Positions 1-12,400 of a stretch of 64,000 nucleotides of DNA are shown piece by piece. The position numbers and the translations under genes were made by a program. The stretch lies in assembly GCA_001643675.2 (NCBI GenBank), contig LSRY02000021.1, forward strand, positions 1,343,047 to 1,407,046, written 5' to 3'. The DNA is from Monocercomonoides exilis PA203. Its lineage: Eukaryota; Protista; Preaxostyla. Every line of letters begins with the position of its first letter. Position 1 is the stretch's first letter. Under the pieces are notes generated by a model. It was given only the letters and a program-made list of their open reading frames with translations. It searched no databases and had not been told where the DNA came from.

Positions 1-1
1 G

Positions 2-355
2 GAGCTTGTTGATATCCTCAGGATAGTCAAATAATATCTGTATTTTTCGAATCTCATTGATGCATTCTTTCAAATCTTTTATTGACTGATTGTTAATTGG
101 TGTTTCATCATCATTTCTCAAATTGTTATCGATAAATTCTTCATAGCAGTCTATTTGTTGTATTAACTTATCAGTAATCAGTCCTTGTCCAATTTCTTCC
201 ATTATCAAATCAGCTGTTTCCCTAATCCTATTCTGATCGTCTGGATTAAATAGTAAAAATGTTCTTTGCGTGCAGGCAATGATATTATCTGCCATTCGAA
301 GTGGCAGACGTAAGCTTATTTCATGTGCTTCTGAGATCATTTGCGTAATACTCAT
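2..355 (-). CDS. Partial ORF of unknown function, runs off the window start
   Basis: Manual translation from ATG at 355 gives MSITQMISEAHEISLRLPLRMADNII..., apparently open to the window edge (~118 codons) in very AT-rich DNA. It is absent from the ORF track because no stop lies in the window. No family recognised. Confidence 0.45.
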   Translation of the reverse strand, partial: MSITQMISEAHEISLRLPLRMADNIIACTQRTFLLFNPDDQNRIRETADLIMEEIGQGLITDKLIQQIDCYEEFIDNNLRNDDETPINNQSIKDLKECINEIRKIQILFDYPEDINKL

Positions 356-777
356 AATTGTAATGATGAATTTGTTGATAGAAAAAAATAAAAATTAACA
401 CCCATAAATAAATAAAATATTCTGATCAAAGAAATTAATTATACCATAAATTAATAATTTTTTTATGAAAAAAATCAATTTTGAAAGATATTAACTTATT
501 TCTAAATTAAATTTGCAAGGAATGTCAGAATTCTATCCGTGAAATGTGATGACAAAATATTTGTTAAAAAAACAAGCTTTCCAAAGTAAAGAGAAAGAAA
601 GAAAAATATTAAAAAAATGAGAGAAGTGATTAGAACAATTTGCAGCAATGATTATTGAACCAATATTGGTTGTTTTGTTGTTGAATGTACCAAAAGTCTC
701 CATTATTGTTTCAAATCGGTTGAGAACACGAATGAAAGAGGATGAAGACCAGAAATAATTTTACAAAATATGGCAAT

Positions 778-850
778 TTATTTTTTTTTCTTTATTTTAT
801 TTATTTTTTTTTTATTTTATTTATTTATTTATTTTATTTATTTATTTATT
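778..850. repeat. Imperfect (TTTA)n microsatellite
   Basis: Directly visible. Confidence 0.85.
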
Positions 851-1605
851 TTTTTTGATAACTTCCTTTTGTTTAATTGTCAAATTAAATAAAAATTTCA
901 TCAAATTTCTGTTTTCACTCAGAAGTTTCACTAAAATGGAAACAAAACCTTAACATTGTTATTATTATCATTGTAGTGAAGTTACGTAAGTGTGAACAGA
1001 AATGTGATGAAAACATGGGGGAAAATACGGACTTTCAAACTTTTTATGCACAAAACATGAAACAATCTTTTCTCTCAAAGCTTTACACATCTTTCTCAGA
1101 TTTCAAAATAAATTGGATTTTCATATCAGTCCACAAACTTCATTGATACCATGTAATAAAGTTCTGTCACATCCCACAAATGTCAGAAAACGATCCCATT
1201 TTCGTTGCATTTTTCAATCACAAAAAGCTCATCTTTGGTGCATAATTTGTCAATGAAATGTTTGAAATCAAATATTGTGCCCCATGTATTAAAATTTCAA
1301 TTTTTGACAAATAGTAAAAATCTCGCAAGTCTTTTTATCACTGCTTTGAAATTCTCTTGTCATGTTAGAGATGTCAAATTTCAATTTGAAGTTCGGATGA
1401 TGAAGGAAATCAAAAATATTACACAGAGAAGTGAGGTGCTTCTGCGCAGATGGCTTGCTTCTTCAACGAAAAGCAATGCAAGGCTTTGGTGAAAAAGCAA
1501 TTATGAAACAACATTTGTTGAAACCAGATGGCATTTCCTTTAAACCTGTGTGACGTGATGAAGATTTTGTCTTCACGTCCGTCAGTTTTGATTTTTCACG
1601 TCAGT

Positions 1606-1607
<2 letters not shown>

Positions 1608-1654
<47 letters not shown>
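1608..1654. repeat. Poly(T) tract, 47 nt, just inside the left end of the hAT-like element
   Basis: Directly visible. Confidence 0.95.
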
Positions 1655-2106
1655 CGTTGATTTAACATTCTCGATAAAATTTTCCATTAGCAATTGTTCT
1701 TTTTCAATTTTAAATAAATATTCACATAACTGGTTAAAAAAATAGTTCTCGTAACTATCCCTTAATTATTTTATTAATTTTTGATATGAATGAATTATGC
1801 TAAAGAAAGAAACATCAGGAATATTCTGCCAGACAATCTTCATATTGTGTACGCATGCTTATTCATGTTTATGCACATAAGTTCTATTTGGCTTAACAGA
1901 ATGTATTTATGTTTGTGGTATGTTTTTTCTTTTTGAAATTATTTTCTTTATAATTAAACTTTATGTGATATTTCTGATGCACTTCACATTAATCTTTTTG
2001 TGTCGGATTGAGGATTTGAAGCAGACACATTATTCCTCTTTTTATAAATTTTTATTGGGATTTTTTTTTTTTTTTGATTCGAATTTATAATATATATTTT
2101 ACCATG

Positions 2107-2880
2107 GAATTCTCTTTTTCATCTTCTCCTCCACCTTTGTTATATCATTCTTCATCTCAGTAGCTTCCTCATCATTTTTTACACAGCAAACACTTCCACA
2201 AAACACGCTCTTCATCAAATGGATATGTGAAACAAATTGGAACTGAATTCTAGCAAGAAACACATGAAAAACTGACTTCGTTTGATCAGAACAGTCATCG
2301 CTTTGAATAATGTGAATGGGATGATTCAAATGGAGGATCAAGTGATGGAACAGCGCTTTATGTTAACAGAACAAATGCAAATCTCTCAATCAATTCTTCT
2401 TCATTTCATTCATCAATATCTTCTTCACCAGATCCATCTGCCTCTTCTGCTCTCTTTCAACAGACCCAGGGTTCCCTCACAGTCTCTGTAATCTCCATCG
2501 CTCACAACTCCTCAAATCCAATCACACCCATCCTCTTCCACCTCTCCGAAAACTCCCCTTCCCTCTACCTCAGCACGACCACCATCACCGGAAAAACACC
2601 ATCTTCTTCATCAATCACAACCCCCCTCTTCTTCCTGGCTGCTGGCTCCCTCGCCCTCAACCACACAGCAATCACCAGTCTCGCCCTCAACAGTCAAAGC
2701 ATCTTCCACCTCACCTCCCTCACAACACCCCTCACCCTCAACTCCTCCAACATCACCGATATCACCTCCACTGCCTCCCCCACCAGCTGTGTCCTCTCCT
2801 CTGCCACCTCCCCTGCCCTCTCCCTCTCCCTCACAAACTGCACCATCACCAGCATCGACTCAGCTCCACAACACCAACAG
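2107..2880 (+). pseudogene. Degenerate fragment of a surface-protein ectodomain gene captured in the hAT-like element
   Basis: Frames read ...WDDSNGGSSDGTALYV... and AGSLALNHTAITSLALNSQSIFHLTSLTTPLTLNSSNITDITST...LSLTNCTITSIDS, the same style as the beta-helix-like ectodomains elsewhere in the window. Interrupted by stops and frameshifts. Confidence 0.6.
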
Positions 2881-5694
2881 AGTGCCACAAATAGCTGGTG
2901 CATGTTATTCGCCTCATCTATTTCTGCCTGCATGCTTTTTATTTTAAAGCTCAAACAAAGCAAGGTGCGGTGTGAGCGAAGAAGAATTTAAGAATTAGAA
3001 AGAGAGAAAAATTAAACCTCAGCTATTGGATAGGGTGGATGAACATGAAAGGAAAACCCAAATGAAACCTGTATCAAGTTGATCAAGGAAGAGCTTTCTG
3101 CGGGGATGATGGGAAAAAGAATGATACAAATGATATTTTAAAAGAAAGAAGAAGAGAATTGAAATAAGGAGAAAAGATACAAAAGAAGATGAATGAATAA
3201 GCCAAATGGCTGTTTCATTTCGCAAGCTTTAAATGATTTATTGGTTAATAAAAACAATTAAATAAAATGTGTTAATTTTTTTTTAATTTTCAAGATGAAT
3301 TACAAAGTATTATTTAATTAAAATAATAAAAAATCAAAAGGCTTTCAAAATATCATCTGTATATTTCTCGGGTTTGATGTGAGATATTGAAGAAAAAATA
3401 TAAAAAATTTAATGAGCATAAGCTTAAAATAATAAATAAACTTATTCAACAATGAATCCACTTTCATAACTTCCAAGAAAAATCACGAAACAAAAAATAT
3501 TACATTCATTCGAACAATGATTCGTCCCTTCCTTTTCATTGTGCAAAGAAAAAAAGAATCTAGCATTGTTATGAAAGTCTTTTGTGATTATCTTCATTCA
3601 ATGCAAAAATCAAATTAAAAATTTTTGATCATCTTTCAATTCTTCCAGCTGTTAATAACTCGTCCATTTCGCAATCCTCATCCTCAAGAACATTTGTTGA
3701 ATGTTTGCACCATCAAAAATTTTTTTTCTATCACTCGTTTTTGAAGAACAATTTTTCAGTCGTAATGTTCAGTTGGTTTTTTTTTGAAAAATTGATCCCA
3801 ATTTTTCAAGAGATAAAGATGAAGAAAGCTAACGATCCAAATTGATTGAAGATATTGATATCCGCTTATCAACGTTGTCGGGAAAAAAAGATGAATGGGA
3901 AAAAAAAACGAAAATAACATTTTTTGAAGAGGAATTTGTCGAAGCCGAATCTTCAATATATTTGAAAGTTAAAACAATGAAAAGAAAACTTTATGATGAC
4001 TGGCTTTGGTCATTTTTGTGAATTTTGTGAGCTTGTCAATAAAAAAATTGTTCAATGAAATTTCTCTTTTGAAACAAACCATTTTCCGATGTTATTTCAA
4101 TCTGGATGAATTGTTAAATTTCCTTGAAATCAAGTTTTCTTTGTGTGTTCTTGCTGCACGTGTTCAATATTGATTTGTTCCATAATAATTTGATTAAAGC
4201 GTTAAAAAACTTCATCGCACGATTCTATTTCACCTTCAGCAAAGCAAAATGCAACTTTTTCACCAATTAGTATTTATTTCTAATTTTTGTCCAACATTGA
4301 AATGCAGACTTGCCTTGACGGTCATGACCGTCACCGACGATCTAAAATTCCTTTTTTGCCTATTCGTCAGTATCCCATTGTAAATTTTTTTTTGCAAAGT
4401 GAGAAAAAAATGTTTTTTGATTTTCTTATTATAAATAATAATTTATAATAATTAATTAAAATAAATTATTTGATTTTTTTGAGTTTCAGCGAATAATTTT
4501 AAAAAAAAAATATTAGTGACGTGAATATTTCAGATGAGTCCGTCAGAATTGAAATTTTTCACGTCAATGGTCATTACGTCACACAGGTTTAATTTCCTTT
4601 TTAATATTTGTTGTTTTGTTTGAAAGTATTGTAATTTTTATTTTTGTTTTTGTTTATTTCTTTATTTAATTCATTATTTTTTTTTATGCAGAAAAAATGG
4701 TTGTTTTAAAAAAAATTCTTTTTGTTAAATTTTTAAATTAAATAAAGTCGATTATTTTCTCAAATCTCAATCGACGCTCAAGAAAATCACTGAAATAACA
4801 ATTATAACTTGATAATACTATTACACACATTCTTGTTCAAATACATGAGTGGAAACAAAAATTTGATAAAAATATAAAATTTATGTTTTATTTGAGAATA
4901 AAACTAAAGAAAATTAAAAAAAAAAATCACACAGATATTATTTCTTTTTCTTGTGCAGTGGAATTATTTAACAAGTCTGTCAAAAAATCGTAAAAAAAAA
5001 AACATCAGGTGTCAGTTAGTCACTCAGTGTTTTTTTGCATTTTGTATTAAAAATTATCATTTTTTTAAGAAAATCTTTTGGAGTAATTTCTGAAATTAGA
5101 GAAGGAACCATCTGTTTGACTGATAAATAATTTGAATCAATCACGAACCGTTATTCCATTAATTTTTTATAAAGAATTCAGAAAAGACCAATTTGGTGCG
5201 ATAGAAGAGTTGATGTTCATCATTCATTCAGAAGTGCCTCGTAAAGAGCAATTAGGGTGATGTCTTTATTGGTAGCATGGAATACGAGAAGCTGCGATAT
5301 CTTCAAACCGGGAAAATGCTTTGAATATTCGGTTTTTAAAAAAATCTCATGATTTTCCTCCCCCAAAACATAAAAATAAAAATGGTAATTATTCACTTTC
5401 CAGAGTTTGTTTTTTCCTTTTGCTTTGTGATTTCATTTCATTTCTTTTCTTTTCTTTTTTAAACAATTGAAATATGGAAACCCCCCGCTATCTGAAAAAC
5501 AAGACATGAAAATAGGCCCATTGCTGGGACTAAAAATGGGCAAATGAAAGCATTCTTGTTGTGAAAAGACAAAAAGAAAATATGCTGACGATATTCTTTT
5601 TCACTCGACACATGTGCATCTTCTGGACAGATTATCACTTTTTGTTATTGTGATCAGCAGGCATTTGTGTCCTTGCAACATCTTTGTCGATAAA

Positions 5695-5997
5695 TCAAAA
5701 CAGATTGTCCTCGCATTTGGCATGCACAAAATAAGGAAAGCGTGTGCACTCTCCAAAGCGCCCGTTTTCCGAGTTGGAGCACAAACAAGAGCAGATAGGC
5801 ATCGTCTGGGTTTCTGATTTTATTGCTGTCTGGAGAGGCGAAGGATTCAGGGGTGGGGGTGGGTGAAAGAATGCTTCTGTGATGAGAACGCTGCCATCAA
5901 GCGAGATGCGCTTGTTGGAGCTGGAAGCATATTGCTCTTTGAATCGAGATTTTGGAACAGATTCCATTTCTTCGGGTCTTTGAAGGCACATGCACAT
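5695..5997 (-). pseudogene. Short ORF with a degenerate PHD-finger-like motif (second copy at 62593-62895 +)
   Basis: ICSCLCSNSENGRFGECTRFPYFVHAKC resembles the first part of a C4HC3 PHD with one Cys replaced by Phe. The last Cys pair is not in frame. Confidence 0.3.
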
Positions 5998-6489
5998 TAA
6001 AGCTATTTATTATTTTCACAACAGCCTTGAAATGGATCGAAGCTTCTGTCAAAGAACTGGTGAAAAGAAAAGAAAAGAAAGGAGAGAAATGGAAAGAATT
6101 CTGCGTATTTGTTGATTGCCATGAATAAAAAAATAAAATAAAATAAAATAATAAATATTTTTGCAGCATCTGCGCAGCTGCACCCGATCAAAAACGAAAG
6201 TCTGGCCAGCAAAACAAGATTACAAAACATACGAAAAGGCACGGTGATTGTGAGATCACACATTGCTTGGATGGAGGTGCGCAGAAGCGAAGTGGCAATG
6301 CTGCTGGCTTGGAAACGCAACACAAACACCAAAAACTTGAATAGCTGAGAATGCTGCAAAAGCAATTGTCATTGATATTTCTTTCTTTTTTTTCTTTCTC
6401 CCCTTTTTTCTTCATTGCGCGATGCAAGCCAGACGGTGGGTGGTGCACAGGCACACAGACACACAGGCTCAAATGCTGGAGGGAGCCAG

Positions 6490-9400
6490 TCAAAACGAGG
6501 TGAGCGTCTCTGAGACAGCGGAAGCAGGCAAAGCGGAGGGAGGGGGGATGCCTGTGGCATCGACGAGGTCGATTGCGTCAGAGGCTGTGAGCATGGCAGA
6601 GGCAGGCGGAAACAGCGCGATGAACGCTTTCTTGAGCTCCTGGAGCGTGGGCCTGCTGTGGGGCTGCTGCGACATTGCGGCGCATGCTGTCTGGCCGAGC
6701 GAAATGCCCTCGCAGCTGCACAGTGTTGGCCTCTCCCCGTTCGCAATCTTCTGCCCGGCAGCTTCTGCTTCGTATTCCCCAAACGGGATCTGCAGCGTCA
6801 GGCACTCCCACACCATCATCCCGATCGAAAACACCACCGTCTTCTTTGTTGCGTGCCCCTTTGCGCCGCTCAGCAGCTCCGGCGCCTTCCACCGCATGCA
6901 CTCCTTCCTGAAATCATCTTCATCCTCAAACGCCGATGAGGGCGGAGGCGATCCTCTGCCGTTCCCATTCGCACACGAGCAATCAGAGGAAGAGGTGGCA
7001 ATAGTTGTGGTTGATGAGATGGACGAAGAGTCAGAATCATCTGAGGAGCAGTCGGAGTGGAGCGCAATGCAGATGACCATGTGTTCCGAGAACAGCACAA
7101 TGTGCGGACTCAGATTGGCCAACGATTGGAGCGGGTTGTTCATTTCGTCGAAGGAGTGGAGCGCAAGATTTGCCACCCAGAACAGGATCTGAGCAGCTGT
7201 TTGCTCTCTTTCCTGCAGAGTTCCAATTGCCATCTCCTTTGTCTTGTTCCTCCCGTGAAGCAGCATGAACATCGAATCCCTCAGATCCACAATCAGCTTT
7301 TCGTGAGGCGATGAACAGGCCATTGCATCCACCAGATTCGACATCGACGAGGTGGTGGGGCACAGATCCTCTCCCCGAACAAAAGTGGATTCAGTGTCTG
7401 AAGTGTCTGTGGTTGAAGTGGATGAAATGGATGGTGATGGTGTTCGCTTTCTGGTCTCTTCCTCCTCCTCTTCTTTCTCATCCACCTTCTCCAGCATCCA
7501 TTCTGGGATCTTGTCTGAATCCCTTCCCAAAATATATTCAGTTGATCCACTCTCAGAAAGAAGGTGCTCTGATGACTCCGAGTGTCCCAAACTTTTCTCA
7601 TACACCCTCTTCTTCATCCTCTCTTCGTTCTTCTTCTCTGCCTCCCTCTCAGCTCTCCTCCACTGCTCTTCAGGCGACATCTCCATTGTCACCATCTCAA
7701 TCAATTTCGGATCTTTTCTCACTGTATCATTCACAATCTCCCTCAGATCTTTCGCTTCATTCTTGACCTTTCTCCATCGAATTGTCACAACAATCGATAC
7801 AATCAGAACAATCACAAGAATAACTGCCATGATTATAACAATAATCGGCCATATAGATTTTTCTTTCTTTCCTCCTTCAACAATCTTTTCATCTCCTTTT
7901 GGTTCAGATTCACTTTTGTTCTTCAGAACAAAAGATTCTGTGGAAGATGGATTAGAAACATTTCCAAACAATATGCACACAGCCACTTCTGCTTCTGTTG
8001 GAGCAGAGCTTACCAAAGACGAACCTATCTTGCCCTGGACTTCTTCCTCAGAAACAAACTCATCTTCCGCAAAAGCGTGAGTCTCGATTGAGCTGACATT
8101 GTTTATTTTTGACACAATCTGGAATCCCAGATTGCATGGCAGAAGAAGCGTCCCTCTGAAAGTCAGTTCAACAGTATCTTCTTTTTGAGTTGTTTCAACT
8201 GACTTCAGCGTTGGAATGAAGAACTCGGATGATCTTTCAGCAGCAATCCCCAACAGCTTGCATCCTTCATTCAAAATCCAAAGTGAAGTATTTCTTTCCC
8301 ATCCATCTCCTCCTTTCAAATCAACAACATTGAGTGTTCCGCTGCCTGTGCAGAATACATTTCTTCTTGCAGACCTGTATCTTTCGATTCTTTTGCTGTT
8401 ATTCTCAAACAAGCAGCTTTCGATAACAGCACTTCCACCACTGATCGACAGCCCGCCTTTTGAAGAGTTTGTGATCGATGTGTCCTTCATCTCCAGCAAC
8501 CCTTCACACACATCAACAACCGATCCAGTCCATTTGCACACATCCTCATCTGCTCCATTCTTTTCGCTCTGATGCTCATCCTCACATCCAATCAGTTCGC
8601 ATGACTGCAGAGACAGAGATGCCCCAGATGATATTTCCACCAAGCTCCCTTTCTCTGAAGGTGTGAAGCATCTTTCAAACGAACAATTCAACAATTGGCT
8701 TCTTGTTTTTTCACACGCCGACTCAACCACATGGGAATTGCTGCTGCTGCTGCTGCTGCTGGTGATGTTTGAGAACGATGATATGCCCATCTGCAGAACA
8801 ACCCTTTCTCCAGCATCTTTCTCATTCACATGCTGATTCTTCCCCTTTGCCAGAGAAATAAAGTTTTCCCCACACAGCCGAATGTCAGATGCAGCCAGCT
8901 GCATGATGTTCACTGATGCACTCGACTCAACAATCATTGCAGTTGCAGTTGTTTTTATTGTGGATATCTCGATCTGGTTCAGAGTGGCAGCTGACCCACC
9001 CTTGAAGAGGAACAATGGCTGAGCTGTGCCCATCACACATATCGAGCTCTTCTCCATCTCAAACACTCCTCCTTCAACCACAATAACACTCGAATTGAGA
9101 GTAGACTCAACAGATGATGACTGCAGAGTGCAGCCTGAAAATGCCAACGATCCATTCAATTGCTTCATAATCGCTGTGTGCTCTGCTGAGAAATGCTCGT
9201 CAAACGAAAACAAGCAGTCTTCGACCAAACACTCGTTTTCAAACAACATGATCCACGATCCCTCAGACTCCTCTTCAATCGATGAATTGAAATGAATTGC
9301 TGATTGGTGTTTGGTGATCGACTTCAGCGTGAGATCGCTGACGACTGTCGGCTCAGCCACCACACTCGATGAGTCAACACATATCGCATTGAACAGCCCA

Positions 9401-12400
9401 GCCTGCACATGCCTCACTCCGTGTGACACGCTTCGACAAGGATTGTCCTGCTTCCCACACTGGTTGCTGTCTTCAGACTCCATCGACACAAACACCTGCG
9501 GCGTGTACAGAAATGTGATCAGCGGGATGAGATCGATGTCTGAATGTGCTGAGTCGCTCCCACAGATCGATGTGTTCATGCGCAGCGAGGGCTGCGAAAA
9601 GTCAAGAGCGAAAAGTGTTTCGTTGATCTGCTCACCGATCGAATGGCAGTTGATAAACACATCCTTCCCCATGAATGCACTGTTCATCATGAATTGAACA
9701 CTCGCAACGTGAAGAAGAAGCGGTTTGGAAGGGGTTTGAAAGGGAGCATCTGGATCGCAAAAGTCCAGCATCATCCCGCCTCCTCTCCCTGTGCTCTCAG
9801 AACAAGCACACAACACAAATGTGCAGTTTTTCACTCCCAGGCTCGACTCCTCATTCTTCATGTGCATCATCAGCCCTCCTCCTCTGTTGCTTTGCCGGCT
9901 GAGGCAGTTCCAGAACGTGCAGTTCTCCATTCCACACTTCAATCCAGCAAACTCATCCACACCCAAAAACACTGATCCTTCCTCAGTTCTCGACACATTC
10001 TCGACTGTGACAGATGTCATGTTCATTGATGGGCAATCCACTGGCAAATCGGGTGAATCTCCTAAAGCCAACTGATTTGAATGGAGTCCAGTGGGGAAAA
10101 CTGATATGAAACTGTCAGAAGAAACAGACGAATTGATGAACGATGTGTTGTGCATGTGCGCTGAATGGAAATTGGCTGACAGTCGCAGAAAAGGATTTGC
10201 CAGAGACAAAGTCGCAAGTGCACAGTGCTCCAGGGAGACATCCCCTTCCGCAATGTCAAGCACACACAAGGAAGAAGAAGAAGGAGACAAGGTGTCAGAT
10301 GGAATGAACCTGCAAAGAGAGAAAGACACCGAATACACAGAGCGGATGAATGATTTGTGGAACTCATATCTGCTCGGAAGATCGATTATTAGGTTTGAAA
10401 AGGAAGCATTCACCGAGTTGGAGATCAGCGAGCCATCATCCGAGGAATCTCCATCACCAGATACGAACAAGTGCACAGCCTCATCACCTCCTTCAACTGA
10501 AATCAAAGGCCGGTTTTCATCAGACGGTTTGGAAGGCAGCAAGGATACTGAATGTTTGAGTGAAGCTGATCCTTCCACTTTGATGATCGATTTCTCCAAA
10601 CCAACTGGAGAGAATCGCATTTTGATCATGTGGTCGATCGAGGAGCATGGCGCTTCTGAATATCCACATCCACTGAAGCCTCCTCCTTTCTCTTTCGAAA
10701 CAAACCCTTTCCCACTCCAATTTGACCACAAATACACAACAAGCGGGATCTCATATTCTTCTCCTGTTGTCATCCCTTCCCATCCACACAACTCATCCAG
10801 TGATTCCAACTCCTCTGAACTCATCTCCCATTTCAAATGATCCTTGTTCACAACTTCCCTCAAATCCCATCCTGAAACAAACAGATTCTTCCCTTTCCAG
10901 GCATTGCATCCCTCAAATGTCATTCCTTCCATCACAAATTTCTCTATTTCCTCTGGCAATGCAACAAACATTCCTCCTCCCATTCCCTTTCCTCCATCCT
11001 CAATATCCACTGACGGAACTTCACATTCAGACAAATTCACATTTTTCATTTCCAAACTCCCTCCACTTCCAATTAATATCATCATCCCTCCTCCTCTCAG
11101 TCCTTCTTCGTTTTTGCACTTTGATGATATGTTCGTGTTTTTGATCGATATGGTTCCTCCCCCACTCGTTTCCACTTTCACGCATCCTCCACTTCCTCCC
11201 TCGTTTGCCATCTCTGTCAATGTGCATCCCTCAACTGCCACTCGTGATGCTCCGTTCACATTGATTGGCGAAAGCTCAGCGAAAGTGATATCCTCAGAAA
11301 CAACCAATCCTGTGAGCTCCAATTCACCTCCACTCACATGAATTAACGAAAATGCCACAGAGCTCGCAAGAGTGTCAGCTGAAAATACAATCGAAATATT
11401 GCTCAAAGAGAGAAAGATTGATGACTGAATAATCGAAGATATTGAGGAAGGAAGAACACGAGGAAGAGCAAAAGAGAGAAAAGACAGAGAAAAGCTGCCA
11501 GAGCACTGAATAACATTGTGGCAGTCAGTGGAGATATTGTCAGTCAAGCCAACATTCACCAAGGGATATTGGCTCGAAGAAGATGATGCAGATGAAGAAG
11601 AAATTGATATTTGAGATGTTTGAAACAACGGCACAACAAACGGATTCTTGATCGATGCTGATGATATCACTTCCATCGCATTCACAAGCTCATTCACTCG
11701 CTCACGAACACAGAAGTCGATTGTTGAACAGCAGAAAACGGAATATCCGCAATGCGAATGATCTGCACCACTCCTTTCGTCAACTGATATGGGAGATTCA
11801 AAATCACACAAATACACACACAGCGGAATAACTGGCAACGATGTCCCATCCTCGCATCCACACAACTTCTCTTCATTATTCATGCAGTTTCCATCTTTGA
11901 AGAATCCAAAGGATGCTTGATCAATTATCTCTTCCAACAAAAGCCCGCTTCCACACTGAACAAACACATCACTTCCATGAAAAGCTCTGTTTGGGTTTTC
12001 TTCAGAAAATATCACAGATTCATAAATGGTGAAATCCGATTCAGTCGAATCAACATTTATGAACAACCCTCCTCCTCTCCCCTTTTCCTCAAGACTTCCT
12101 GCACAACATCCCTCAAACATTGTTGTTCCATTCACAATCAACTCTCCTTTCCATTCTCCTCTCATCCCCAGACCACCACCATCTTTTCCTGCTGACACAT
12201 TCTCAAAATGGCAGTTTTCAACAACAACACTCCCAGAGGATGCATCATTTCTCTCAATTATTCCTCCACTTCCTGATTCCCTTTGAATCGATGTGATGTT
12301 TGTGTTCACCACGTGCAACACCGATCCAGACTGATTCACATTGAATGAAATCAAACTGTCAGAAATGAAATTCATGTCAGAAATTCCAACTCCTGACAAT

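Larger units (their letters stand above)
1541..4591. mobile_element. Non-autonomous hAT-like TIR DNA transposon carrying a host gene fragment
   Basis: TIRs TAAACCTGTGTGACGTgATGA (from 1541) and TCATtACGTCACACAGGTTTA (to 4591). 8-bp TSD ATTTCCTT at 1533-1540 and 4592-4599. Subterminal TGACGTGA/TCACGTCA/GTCCGTCAG motifs at both ends. No intact transposase ORF. The superfamily call rests on the 8-bp TSD, TA start and subterminal repeats. Confidence 0.8.

Noticed and set aside
1540-4592. TTAA flanks suggesting piggyBac/Kolobok
   Set aside because: The longer direct repeat ATTTCCTT flanks the element exactly, so the TTAA arises from overlap of TSD and TIR.
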